Below, in pieces: positions 30,450-39,817 of a stretch of 64,000 bases of DNA. The notes beneath the pieces were generated by a model, which was not told where the DNA came from, searched no databases, and was given only the letters and a program-made list of their open reading frames with translations. Within the stretch, counting starts at the first letter, position 1. Each line of letters opens with the position of its first letter. The translations under genes and the position numbers were made by a program. The stretch is from a virus: the IMG/VR virus record IMGVR_UViG_3300040801_001025, positions 20,499-84,498 of that record. One strand, given 5' to 3'.

Positions 30450-30883
30450 TTGACTTTAAACTTTTCTCGTAATTGATCGTACTTCACGACAAAGCCATCT
30501 TTGATATCATTATACTTGACCATGAAGTTTTCGTTAAAGGTATTTATCCTCCCTATCCTGTTTACCACAATGTTTGCCCAACTTCTCTTCATAATAAAAT
30601 TCAATATCTTAGGTTTGTCCATGAATGGCCAACGTACCGTAATTGTAACTTCTACATTATCAGGATTGGGTCTCTCGTAATCAGGTCTATCGTGTACAGG
30701 GGGTGGACCTACTGGAATCATGCCACCGCCACCACCAGTTCCACCGGGTCTCACGTCGTCAACTTCTACTTCGATTTGATGATAGAAAAATCCGACAATA
30801 ATTCGTTTACCATCTCCTGCCATACCTTTCAGTATAACATTTCCAGCACATCCAAAGCATGGTCCAGAACAATTCGTCGCCAT
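30437..30883 (-). CDS. hypothetical protein
   Basis: start overlaps upstream stop (TAATG). Confidence 0.55.
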   Translation of the reverse strand: MATNCSGPCFGCAGNVILKGMAGDGKRIIVGFFYHQIEVEVDDVRPGGTGGGGGMIPVGPPPVHDRPDYERPNPDNVEVTITVRWPFMDKPKILNFIMKRSWANIVVNRIGRINTFNENFMVKYNDIKDGFVVKYDQLREKFKVKWKK

Positions 30884-31437
30884 TACTGTGGCTCTCTCTC
30901 GTAGATACACGTAGATGATGGATTACCATTTTCATCTTTAAGATTAAACACTTGAAGAACTGTAGTGCCATCATCATCATAGATTGTAAGAGTATTAGCA
31001 GATGGATCAACGCGAGTTCTATTTGATTCGTATTTAAGAAGGATATCAAGAACACTAAGAGCAGCGGTTACATCAATTCTAAGTGCTGTTGTATCAGTTG
31101 CAATATCATTTACTTTGTCGCCAAAGGTATTCAACGTTGTATATTCGGCAGAGTCTGCATTCCAAACTTCGCTTGCAGAATTTCTATTACTTGCTTTTTG
31201 ATAGCGTTCAAAGATAGGTAATGAAGCTCCACCATCAGAACGGAATAAATATTCGCTAGAAGGATCATAGGTTGTGAATTCATATTTGTAAAAACCATCA
31301 CCGACTTCAGTCATTGGAGCGTCAGTGACTACTAGCGTACTGGAAAGACCAGTCACTTCCCAAATACGGATCGTCGGTGACAGTCCTGTAGCTGGTGAAC
31401 CACTATTGGTGAAGAACGACGCAATAAGTTTACTCAT
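30883..31437 (-). CDS. putative virion structural protein
   Basis: PATGLSPTI, MTEVGDGFYKY, LTIYDDDGTT motifs typical of phage structural proteins. Confidence 0.6.
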   Translation of the reverse strand: MSKLIASFFTNSGSPATGLSPTIRIWEVTGLSSTLVVTDAPMTEVGDGFYKYEFTTYDPSSEYLFRSDGGASLPIFERYQKASNRNSASEVWNADSAEYTTLNTFGDKVNDIATDTTALRIDVTAALSVLDILLKYESNRTRVDPSANTLTIYDDDGTTVLQVFNLKDENGNPSSTCIYEREPQ

Positions 31438-31511
31438 AATGATCCCGTATGTCTAAATATTCGATATAGGTATTTAGAGATAAAGCCCAATCATGTACTA
31501 GAGGATTTTTA

Positions 31512-31880
31512 ATGGATGGCATAATCCTGACAACTGGAGTAGGAGGCGGCGGTAGCAGTTCTTCTACTGTTACTCAAGCTACAATTCTTCCTAGCGATAT
31601 CGAATCTCTTGATATTTACGAAGCAGACCCTTGTCCATCCATAAAATGGCTAGTTTCTATTCATGATACAGTGACAAACGATACCACCTCATTTGAAATA
31701 CATGCTGTTCATGACTTCAATGGGACCGTCTGTTTTAATGAAGCATCCATTATATTAACTAATGCACAGCTAAATTATGATGTGACTGCTACGGCTGGTC
31801 CCGGCTCTAATGAAATTCTATTGGCTGTTGAAAATCTAGGATTAAATACTATAAATGTTTGTGCAACTAGAATTGTTTAA
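31512..31880 (+). CDS. putative virion structural protein
   Basis: IKWLVSI...FEIHAVHD domain shared with C-terminus of next gene. Confidence 0.6.
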   Translation: MDGIILTTGVGGGGSSSSTVTQATILPSDIESLDIYEADPCPSIKWLVSIHDTVTNDTTSFEIHAVHDFNGTVCFNEASIILTNAQLNYDVTATAGPGSNEILLAVENLGLNTINVCATRIV

Positions 31881-31940
31881 GAAATTTGTGAGCAACATAA
31901 ATAAAGGTAAGCCTTTCAAAAAAGTATAAAGGAGATTGAC

Positions 31941-33188
31941 ATGGCATTAGATTTATATAGAGCAGCCGTAGGCTTCTCAATTGATGAAGAAGATGGTACT
32001 AGAGCAGCTAGTGTCCTTTCAGGTTCCGGGGCACCGGGCGGTGACACAAGTTTCCAAGATGATGCACCAATTGGTTCTATCTATTTAAGAACTGATGCAA
32101 GCTCAAGTATTTCTGCTGTCTATCAGAAAATTGCTGATACAAATGCAACTTCCGACTGGGTTCAATCTGCTTCTAAGGATTACGTACAGAGCGTAGTTAA
32201 TGGTATGTCATGGCGTGAGCCAGTACTCGTCCTAGACGAAACTACATACGCTGATATCACAGCAGCAGAAACCGCAGCAAACGTTGCTGACACGGTAGAC
32301 GGTGTTACGATTGCGGCTAATGATCGTATTCTTTTCACTGACTTGACAACAGGTAACGAAAACGTGTACATTGTGTCTGGTTCATCCGGCAACTGGACAT
32401 TTACTGAAGACCCAGACAATGCCGCAACAGATGGCGATGCGTTGCTTGTACAAGATGGTACATATGCAGAATCTCAGTGGGTTTATGATGGTACACAGTG
32501 GACACAGATTGCATCTACTACAAACAACGCTGAACTTGCATTCATCCGCGCATTTATCGGTAAAGATGCAGCCGGTTCTGAAACACCAACTTACTCTTCC
32601 GCAGTAGTTGTTACTCAGAACGGTACGCTAGAAGCTGCAATTGGCGAGCTTGATGCTGCAATTGGTGACCGTCTGTACACAAACGATAACGTTCTAACTG
32701 ATGGCCAAACAATCACGGCATCGCTTGATGCGATTGATACTGCAATCGGTAACCGTACTTACACAGAACAGAACTTTGTTACTAATGGCGAAACGCTAAC
32801 AGCGTCTATCGATGCTCTTGATATTGCTGTTGCAGATGCTGCACCAAAGACCGCAGTTGCTACAGGTGTTACAACCGCAACAACTGTTGACACAGTTCTT
32901 GTTGATGAAGTACAAACTGTTAAATGGTTTGTTACAGTATTTGATGAAGCTGATACCGATCAGAAAGAGTCTGTTGAAATCTATGCAACTCATGATGGTA
33001 CAGCAACTTCTGATGCAACATTTGCTGACTACAATATCAGTTCCAAGCTTCGCTTGAATGGCAACATCGCGGGTCTCGATTTCGATATTGTATTATCTGG
33101 TACTGGTGCTGCACAGACTATGGGTCTACAGATCACTTCTACTGACACAGTAACAGTGAACTCAACACGTATCGATGTTGAAATCTAA
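31941..33188 (+). CDS. virion structural (tail/fibre-associated) protein
   Basis: APIGSIYLRTD, ASKDYV, VDGVTIAANDRILF; late promoter 31896-31903. Confidence 0.75.
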   Translation: MALDLYRAAVGFSIDEEDGTRAASVLSGSGAPGGDTSFQDDAPIGSIYLRTDASSSISAVYQKIADTNATSDWVQSASKDYVQSVVNGMSWREPVLVLDETTYADITAAETAANVADTVDGVTIAANDRILFTDLTTGNENVYIVSGSSGNWTFTEDPDNAATDGDALLVQDGTYAESQWVYDGTQWTQIASTTNNAELAFIRAFIGKDAAGSETPTYSSAVVVTQNGTLEAAIGELDAAIGDRLYTNDNVLTDGQTITASLDAIDTAIGNRTYTEQNFVTNGETLTASIDALDIAVADAAPKTAVATGVTTATTVDTVLVDEVQTVKWFVTVFDEADTDQKESVEIYATHDGTATSDATFADYNISSKLRLNGNIAGLDFDIVLSGTGAAQTMGLQITSTDTVTVNSTRIDVEI

Positions 33189-33217
33189 GATCAGCTAGGT
33201 TAAACTAGCATTCTGAG

Positions 33218-33239
33218 AAGGGGCCAACTGGCCCCTTTT
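33218..33239 (+). terminator. intrinsic terminator
   Basis: AAGGGGCC-AACT-GGCCCCTTTT. Confidence 0.75.
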
Positions 33240-33251
33240 CTGTTTCAGGGG

Positions 33252-33280
33252 TTGACAACTCCTATAAATACACGTAAGAT
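33252..33280 (+). promoter_or_regulatory. nested sigma70 and late promoters for nadM
   Basis: TTGACA-N17-TAAGAT with TATAAATA (33263-33270) in the spacer. Confidence 0.65.
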
Positions 33281-33368
33281 ACACATAAAGCTGATGAGCG
33301 GAGTGCTCGACATACAGCTAGTGTTCGACTACAATCAGAACTATCCGAAGCACATAGGAGATATGGCA

Positions 33369-34457
33369 ATGGATCAAGCATACGATTTTATCGTCTACAT
33401 TGGGCGATTCCAACCGTTTCACGACGGTCACCTCGAAACTCTCAAACTTGCCGCAGAAACTGGTAAAGAAGTTATTGTTGTCATTGGCTCTGCTAATTCT
33501 GCACCGACTCCTAAGAATCCGTGGACGGCTATTCAGCGCCAAGAAATGATTGTTGAAGCAGCATTCGCTGCTGGTTTTGATGTTTCCAAACTCTCTTTCA
33601 TTCATGTTGAAGACCGTCGATACAAAGAATCCAAGTGGATTAGCTATGTACAAGGCACTGTTATGGACATTGTGCGTGCCAAGACTCGCAAACCTAATCC
33701 GTCTATTGCGTTAATCGGGCACGAGAAAGATTCATCTAGTTATTACCTTCGTCAGAATTTCCCTACGTGGAAATTTGTAGAGACAGGTCCGTATGTCAAA
33801 GAGAAAGGTGTTGGCAAAGTGGTTAGCTCTACAAAAATTCGTGAGCTTATGTTTGAGAACCACTTGGGTTATACCGAGAGTAATCTTCCGCCTGCTGTTT
33901 ACGAATGGCTGGACAAGTATACGCTGTCTGATGATTTTACTCGTCTGCAAGATGAATACCACTACATTCTTCAAGAAGAAAAGATTTATGAAGCTCTTCC
34001 GTATGGGATTACTTTTCAGACTGTAGATAGCGTTGTAGCACAGTCTGGTCATGTTCTTCTCGTCCAGCGTGGTAATCCATTGGGTTACGGGCTATGGGCG
34101 CTACCGGGTGTTCACCTTGCGCCGAATGAAACTTTGGAGCAGGCATCCATGCGTGCCGTGCTAACTGAAACAAATCTTGACGTGCCGCCAAAGGCTTTCA
34201 AAGGCTCTCTGGTGAGTAAAAAAGAATTTGATCACCCTAACCGCTCTTTGCGTGCAAGATTGACTACAGATCGAAATAGGACGCTTACGACGGCGTTCTA
34301 CTACAAACTTGACTCTTCTCATCCACTTCCGGTAAAGGGCCTTAAAGCTGGTGAGGGAATCTTGAAGGCATGGTGGTTCCCGTTCTCTGAAGTGTGGAGA
34401 ATGCGTGACCAACTCTTTGAGGACCATGCTGATATCCTTGACTACTTCATCGGATAA
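33369..34457 (+). CDS. nadM: bifunctional NMN adenylyltransferase / Nudix hydrolase (NadM-Nudix)
   Basis: YIGRFQPFHDGH, IGSAN, GHEKDSSSYYL, SSTKIR, GLWALPG, LFEDH. Confidence 0.92.
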   Translation: MDQAYDFIVYIGRFQPFHDGHLETLKLAAETGKEVIVVIGSANSAPTPKNPWTAIQRQEMIVEAAFAAGFDVSKLSFIHVEDRRYKESKWISYVQGTVMDIVRAKTRKPNPSIALIGHEKDSSSYYLRQNFPTWKFVETGPYVKEKGVGKVVSSTKIRELMFENHLGYTESNLPPAVYEWLDKYTLSDDFTRLQDEYHYILQEEKIYEALPYGITFQTVDSVVAQSGHVLLVQRGNPLGYGLWALPGVHLAPNETLEQASMRAVLTETNLDVPPKAFKGSLVSKKEFDHPNRSLRARLTTDRNRTLTTAFYYKLDSSHPLPVKGLKAGEGILKAWWFPFSEVWRMRDQLFEDHADILDYFIG

Positions 34458-34503
34458 ATTTTAATGCAGATACTTATAAATAGCAGTAGAAGGAGCTATT
34501 GCT

Positions 34504-35241
34504 ATGAATTATCACAAAGTATACGGAAATATTGTACAAAAAGCAATTGACGAAGATCGAAAATGGCGTAAAGGAACTTACTATGAGCGCCATCACATAT
34601 TACCAAAGAGTTTGGGAGGAACTGATAAACAGACAAACATAGTTTTACTTACGGCACGAGAGCATTATATTTGCCATCTGTTGCTAGTAAAAATGTATGA
34701 AGCATATGAAGAATCTCATATAAAGATGCTTAGAGCGTTGAATATGATGAAGGTGAAACACGATAAACATGAACGTGATTTTAAATTTTCTTCTAAGCTT
34801 TATGAGAGTATGAAAGCTAGATTATACGGTGAAAATGGTTTATTGGTAGGTGAAAACAATCCTAACTACGGTGTCAAACAAAGTAAGGAAACACGAAAGA
34901 AAAAATCAGATGCTGCTAAGCGTCGATGCGCTGATCCAAAAGAACGAGAGCGTTTGAGGCAAATGGCACTGAACAGGACACCAGAACATGCAGAGAAAAT
35001 TAGACAAGGTAATTTAGGACTTAAACGATCAGATGAAACTAAAAAGAAATTAAGAAAATCTTTGAATGAGTGGTACTCCAAGGGGAACAAACCAGCAAAT
35101 TCAAAGAAAGTAATGGCAGATGGTGTGGTATATGATACGTTGCACGACGCGGGAAACGAATTAGACTTGACACCTTCTGGGGTGTTGTATAGAATACGTT
35201 CAAGTAGTAAGAAATTCAAAGATTATTATTACTTGGATTGA
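34504..35241 (+). CDS. free-standing HNH homing endonuclease with NUMOD3-like repeats
   Basis: ERHHILPKSLGG..N.V.LTAREH..CH; ETRKKKS and SDETKKKL motifs; own late promoter; AT-rich. Confidence 0.85.
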   Translation: MNYHKVYGNIVQKAIDEDRKWRKGTYYERHHILPKSLGGTDKQTNIVLLTAREHYICHLLLVKMYEAYEESHIKMLRALNMMKVKHDKHERDFKFSSKLYESMKARLYGENGLLVGENNPNYGVKQSKETRKKKSDAAKRRCADPKERERLRQMALNRTPEHAEKIRQGNLGLKRSDETKKKLRKSLNEWYSKGNKPANSKKVMADGVVYDTLHDAGNELDLTPSGVLYRIRSSSKKFKDYYYLD

Positions 35242-35286
35242 GGGCGGAATCCCTATAATCTAAACTTGCACATAGGAGATATGGCA

Positions 35287-36738
35287 ATGAATAATGAAAT
35301 TAAAATTACTGATAATGTTATCTTGAACTGTGACACGTATAAAGTTTCACACTGGATGTTCATGGAAGAAGGCACGACCTTTTCTCAATCCTACGTCGAA
35401 CCCCGCGTGGGTGCCAAATACGACGAGATTGTATTCTTCGGTCTCCAAGGCATTCTCATGGATGAATTCATGAAGCCGGTCACCATGGAAATGGTTGATC
35501 AGGCAGAGGAATTCCTTGCCAAACACCTTGGTTCTACTGAAGCGTTTAACCGACGCGGCTGGGAAATCATTGTAAACGAATACGGTGGCTACCTCCCGAT
35601 TCGCATTCGTGCTGTGAAAGAAGGCACCGTGCTTCCGGTTGGTAATGCCGTCATCATCGTAGAATCTACGGACCCTCGTTTCAATACGGTGTGGTGCTCG
35701 TCCTACGTTGAAACGAAAATCATGCGTTCGTGGTATGGCTCGACCGTTGCAACGCACTCTCGCGAGATTACGAAGGCTATCCGTGAGGCTCTGAATCGCA
35801 CTGGCACCCCTGATCTTGCTAGCATGAAGCTGGTGGATTTTGGTAGCCGTGGTGTGAGCACGAAGCAGGAATCTATGGTCGGTGGCGCTGCTCACCTCGT
35901 GACTGGCACCAGCACCGATAACCTTCTTGGTATTGGATACGTCGAGGACGTTTACGGTTCCGAGAATGGTATGGCTGGTTTCTCTATTCCTGCAACGGAA
36001 CACAGCATCACGACTTCTTGGGGTGAACTTCGAGAGTTTGAATTCTTCAAGAACATTGTTACGAACATTCTGCCGAAAACCGGCATTGCATCTGTAGTTT
36101 GCGATACCTACAATCTCATGGCTGCAATCGAAATGTTCGGTGAACTTCGCGAAGACATTGAAAAAAATGGTGTCATTGTTATTCGCCCTGATTCTGGTGA
36201 TCCTGTTGAAATGACGGAAGCTGTGGTCCAGAAGCTTGACTCGCTTTTCGGCAGCACGGTCAATGATAAAGGCTTCAAGGTTTTGAACGATTGTGTACGT
36301 ATCATTCAGGGCGACGGTATTGATCTGGAAATGACCAAGGCTATTCTTGATAACTTTGAGCGTCTTGGCTACAGTGCAGATAATATCACCTTTGGTAGCG
36401 GTGGCGGCTTGCTTCGTAAGGTAACTCGTGATACTATGCGCTTCGCAATGAAAGCTTGCCATGTCATTGTCGACGGTGAAGCTCGTGACATTCGTAAAGT
36501 TCCATTGACTGATCCGAGTAAAGCGTCGAAAGCTGGTCGTTTGACGCTGGTGCAAGACACTGTGACTGGCAAGTACAGAACTGTCAATCAGCACGATACT
36601 ATTCGCGCTACCGAGGTTGACGCAATGGATACTGTCTTTGAGAATGGAAGACTACTCCGTATGCAAACTTTTGATGACATTCGTGAACGCGCTGCTATCA
36701 AGGACTGTCCCCGGCGACTTGATAATGTAGCAGCCTAA
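35287..36738 (+). CDS. nadV: nicotinamide phosphoribosyltransferase
   Basis: DTYKVSH, FFGLQ, DFGSRG, SIPATEHS, IRPDSGDP, IIQGDG, FGSGGGLL, KASKAG. Confidence 0.95.
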   Translation: MNNEIKITDNVILNCDTYKVSHWMFMEEGTTFSQSYVEPRVGAKYDEIVFFGLQGILMDEFMKPVTMEMVDQAEEFLAKHLGSTEAFNRRGWEIIVNEYGGYLPIRIRAVKEGTVLPVGNAVIIVESTDPRFNTVWCSSYVETKIMRSWYGSTVATHSREITKAIREALNRTGTPDLASMKLVDFGSRGVSTKQESMVGGAAHLVTGTSTDNLLGIGYVEDVYGSENGMAGFSIPATEHSITTSWGELREFEFFKNIVTNILPKTGIASVVCDTYNLMAAIEMFGELREDIEKNGVIVIRPDSGDPVEMTEAVVQKLDSLFGSTVNDKGFKVLNDCVRIIQGDGIDLEMTKAILDNFERLGYSADNITFGSGGGLLRKVTRDTMRFAMKACHVIVDGEARDIRKVPLTDPSKASKAGRLTLVQDTVTGKYRTVNQHDTIRATEVDAMDTVFENGRLLRMQTFDDIRERAAIKDCPRRLDNVAA

Positions 36739-36769
36739 TGTGCTAAAATTGATCCATTAATGGGTCGTA

Positions 36770-36814
36770 AAGGGGGTTAGTGACTCATTTATGAGACACT
36801 GCCCCCTTCTTTTT
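36770..36814 (+). terminator. intrinsic terminator
   Basis: AAGGGGG..AGTG..CACT.CCCCCTT followed by T-run. Confidence 0.65.
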
Positions 36815-36825
36815 GGAGACTTAAA

Positions 36826-37083
36826 ATGAACCTCAAAGCAAAGACTATTACTGAAATTGAACTTGGTGTAGAAGATATCTATGAACTGATTCGTGTTGGA
36901 CTGGAAGCAAATTTTCCAAATATGAAAGGGCAGTTTGCGGACATTCGGTTTGAATATGGTACGCATCCCGATGATCTTGAGCAGGATTGCCTGAACCCCC
37001 GTACTATCTTGACTGGTGCTAAGGTCAAGCATGAAGTTGTGCAGAAACCCGAACCGCAAGTTCTTCTTCGTGGGAGTACTTAA
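36826..37083 (+). CDS. hypothetical protein
   Basis: GGAG RBS. Confidence 0.6.
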   Translation: MNLKAKTITEIELGVEDIYELIRVGLEANFPNMKGQFADIRFEYGTHPDDLEQDCLNPRTILTGAKVKHEVVQKPEPQVLLRGST

Positions 37084-37286
37084 TGATGAGCCTTAAAATT
37101 CAGAAGAAAAAAGTAGTAGTCTACACTGAAGAAGACATTTACCAGATGATTATTGCGCATACCAAGAAGCATGTAGATAGCAGTCTTGGTTGCTATGTTG
37201 AAGGCATTAATGCAAGCTGGTTCACTGATCAGGATGGAACCAAGAAACTTATGGTCAGTTGGCCCGATGGGGGAAGAGAACGATGA
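37083..37286 (+). CDS. hypothetical protein
   Basis: GGGAG RBS, TAATG coupling. Confidence 0.55.
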   Translation: MMSLKIQKKKVVVYTEEDIYQMIIAHTKKHVDSSLGCYVEGINASWFTDQDGTKKLMVSWPDGGRER

Positions 37287-37480
37287 ATAAAACAAAAAGA
37301 ACTGTAACCGTAACGTCTGAAGAGGTTGAATACGTTATATCTTATGATGAGCTTGCTCAGATTCTTCGTAGAGAACTTAACGAAACTGGTCGTGTAAGTT
37401 GCGGAGGTTATCAATCACCTACTATTAGGGGTGTAATTTTTAAAGTAAGTAGAGAGATAGAAAGTGCAAGTTCTGTCTAG
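37283..37480 (+). CDS. hypothetical protein
   Basis: ATGA overlap with previous gene. Confidence 0.5.
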   Translation: MNKTKRTVTVTSEEVEYVISYDELAQILRRELNETGRVSCGGYQSPTIRGVIFKVSREIESASSV

Positions 37481-37496
37481 GAAAATACTTTAGATT

Positions 37497-37964
37497 ATGA
37501 AAATAATTAATGATTCAAAATGGCAGGACCGATTCATTAAGCTGGCGAGAATGGTGGCTAGTTGGTCTAAGGATAGATCAACTCAAGTCGGTGCTGTTAT
37601 TGTTACAGGTGATGGACACCCTCGCTCTTTTGGGTTCAACGGAATGCCACAAGGCGTAAATGATGATATTGATGAGCGGCATGAGCGTCCAGAAAAGTAT
37701 TTTTGGTTTGAACATGCTGAAAGGAATGCGATATACTTGGCAGATGGTGATCTAAAAGATTGCGTTATGTTTGTAACACATATGCCGTGTGCTGATTGTG
37801 CTCGTGCCATTATTCAAACAGGAATTGCGCACGTTGTGGTTGACGCGCAGGGGAAATTGAGTCATGGTACTCAACTATCAGATTCATGTACGGCAGCGCG
37901 AGAAATGTTTTTTGAGACTGGCGTTTATTTGATTGAAAGATATGTAAGGGATGATGCAAAATGA
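37497..37964 (+). CDS. dCMP deaminase
   Basis: SKD.STQVGAVI, HAERNAI, PCADC. Confidence 0.92.
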   Translation: MKIINDSKWQDRFIKLARMVASWSKDRSTQVGAVIVTGDGHPRSFGFNGMPQGVNDDIDERHERPEKYFWFEHAERNAIYLADGDLKDCVMFVTHMPCADCARAIIQTGIAHVVVDAQGKLSHGTQLSDSCTAAREMFFETGVYLIERYVRDDAK

Positions 37965-38476
37965 ACATTAAGCTGCACACTGAGCGTCCGAATCTTATCG
38001 TGTTGGTTGGAGTACCGGCATCCGGTAAGTCTACTTGGCGTGATAATTTTATCGCTAAGATGGAAACGGCTGTAGACGATGACTTTGTAATTATCTCGTC
38101 CGACGATGAGATTGAGGCATTGTGTGAAGCTGAAGGAATCACGTATACTGAGGGCTTCTCGAAGTTTGTAGGTAAGGCTACGGCAATCGTGAAGCAAAAG
38201 GTTCGCGACGCAGTAAATAATGGTAGGAACATCATTTGGGATCAGACTAATGTCAATGTGAAGAAGCGTAAGACCATCTTTCGTGACACTGGACAGAATT
38301 ACTACCGTATTGCGGTTGCATTCGAACTGGATGATGATGCAGAATTGAAGCGTAGGCTACAACACCGTGAGGAAACTACGGGCAAAAGCATTCCGCCACA
38401 TGTTATCGACAGCATGCTGAAAAGCTATGTGCGACCGACGACGCAGGAGGGATTTGACAAAGTACATTTGGCATAG
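37961..38476 (+). CDS. P-loop kinase (AAA_33/polynucleotide-kinase-like)
   Basis: GVPASGKSTW, SSDD, IIWDQTN, IPPHVI..M, EGFD. Confidence 0.8.
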   Translation: MNIKLHTERPNLIVLVGVPASGKSTWRDNFIAKMETAVDDDFVIISSDDEIEALCEAEGITYTEGFSKFVGKATAIVKQKVRDAVNNGRNIIWDQTNVNVKKRKTIFRDTGQNYYRIAVAFELDDDAELKRRLQHREETTGKSIPPHVIDSMLKSYVRPTTQEGFDKVHLA

Positions 38477-38487
38477 GAGCTAGGACA

Positions 38488-39117
38488 ATGATGGAGCAAG
38501 AAATTATCGTCGGTCAACCGACGTTGCCGCAGATACTGGCGTTGAACAAGGGTGGCGAACCGCTACACTGGATCAACTTCAAGGAGTGTCTGTTCTACGA
38601 AGCAAAGGGTAAGATTGCATGGACCGATGGTCGTATCAAGATTGCATTGCGTGGTGGAACGAACGCCAAGACTGGTGAACGTACAATCGTAGAGATTGAT
38701 ACCATTGTGGCTGTCGACAGCAACATTTCTCCGACTAAGTATCGTCAGGATACTCCGTCGTTGACTAACGCGGCATTGTTCTCTCGTGATATGAACATAT
38801 GCGCTTACTGTGGAGAACGTTTCTCAGATAAGCATTTGACTCGTGATCACGTAGTTCCAACGTCGAAAGGTGGTCCTAACAACTGGATGAACGTGGTGGC
38901 ATCTTGCCGTCAATGTAATCAGAAGAAGGACGACCGTACACCGGAGCAGGCTCATATGCCACTGCGCTATGTACCTTACATTCCGTCGTTTAACGAGGCT
39001 TTGATTCTAAAGAATCACCGAATCCTTGGTTGCCAGATGGAATGGTTGCTAGGTGGTGTATCAAAGGATAGTCGTATCCGACAAGCTTACGAGAATGGCA
39101 CCTATCCGGTGCAATAG
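38488..39117 (+). CDS. HNH endonuclease (McrA-like family)
   Basis: LFSRD..CAYCG, TRDHVVP..GG.N.W.NVV.SC..CN.KK. Confidence 0.88.
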   Translation: MMEQEIIVGQPTLPQILALNKGGEPLHWINFKECLFYEAKGKIAWTDGRIKIALRGGTNAKTGERTIVEIDTIVAVDSNISPTKYRQDTPSLTNAALFSRDMNICAYCGERFSDKHLTRDHVVPTSKGGPNNWMNVVASCRQCNQKKDDRTPEQAHMPLRYVPYIPSFNEALILKNHRILGCQMEWLLGGVSKDSRIRQAYENGTYPVQ

Positions 39118-39141
39118 CTCTAAGCTATCTTGAAGTTCGAT

Positions 39142-39174
39142 AAAAGGGTGTGCTATAATGGCGCACCCTTTTTT
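39142..39174 (+). terminator. intrinsic terminator with a sigma70 -10 box in its loop
   Basis: AAAAGGGTGTGC-TATAATG-GCGCACCCTTTT; TTGAAG 18 nt upstream of TATAAT. Confidence 0.7.
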
Positions 39175-39194
39175 CGTTATGGAGACAGAAAAAT

Positions 39195-39815
39195 ATGGAT
39201 AGAAAAGATTTTCAATTACTTGCAGTACGCACAGAGTCTGTCAAGGATGTTTTAACTCTCAGAGCAGTTGATAGAGAGATATTCTTTACCTCTCTTCAAA
39301 TTCTAGATTTTATTGTGGAGATTTTGGATCGGTATAAGAAACACATCTTTTACGGACGTGAATTGCCATATGTTGATGATATGAGTTCATTAGCTACTTC
39401 TACTACTCGTCTGAGTAATGAATTAGGCTATCTTATTGCGGCAGCATCGCGTTCTAGCGAAACAGAGACTGAAGAACTTGTAATCAATCCGAGAGTATTT
39501 CATGCTTTGCTTGGAACTATTACAGAACATGGTGAGCTTGCTGCTGCACTTCTCAAGGGATTGCAGCGTGAAGAAGGTCTTGATTACATCAACGTCCTCG
39601 AAGAACTTGGTGATTCTGACTGGTACAAGGCTTTGTTCTACGAAGCAACTGGTGTAGACTGGGAAACTGTACAAGCAGCTATCATCAAAAAGCTAGAGAT
39701 TCGCTTCGAAGATGTAATCTTTGGCGAAGATGGTGCAAATGATCGTGATCTTGAAGCTGAACGTGCGGAGCTAGAGAGACTGCTACAGTCTCAACTTGAC
39801 CTATTTGAAGGATAA
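39195..39815 (+). CDS. MazG-like NTP pyrophosphohydrolase
   Basis: HALLGTITEHGEL, NVLEELGDSDWY, KLEIRF. Confidence 0.75.
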   Translation: MDRKDFQLLAVRTESVKDVLTLRAVDREIFFTSLQILDFIVEILDRYKKHIFYGRELPYVDDMSSLATSTTRLSNELGYLIAAASRSSETETEELVINPRVFHALLGTITEHGELAAALLKGLQREEGLDYINVLEELGDSDWYKALFYEATGVDWETVQAAIIKKLEIRFEDVIFGEDGANDRDLEAERAELERLLQSQLDLFEG

Positions 39816-39817
39816 GT

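Noticed and set aside
33291-33320. CTGATGA followed by a hairpin, resembling a hammerhead ribozyme
   Set aside because: The required GAAA after stem II is GACA, and no stem I/III with a UH site could be built
33350-35289. 22-bp direct repeat as target-site duplication of the HNH element
   Set aside because: The repeats flank nadM plus HNH rather than the HNH gene alone, and coincide with translation starts
35347-36594. 415-aa antisense ORF opposite nadV
   Set aside because: Shadow frame caused by the biased codon usage of nadV; no RBS, no recognisable motifs
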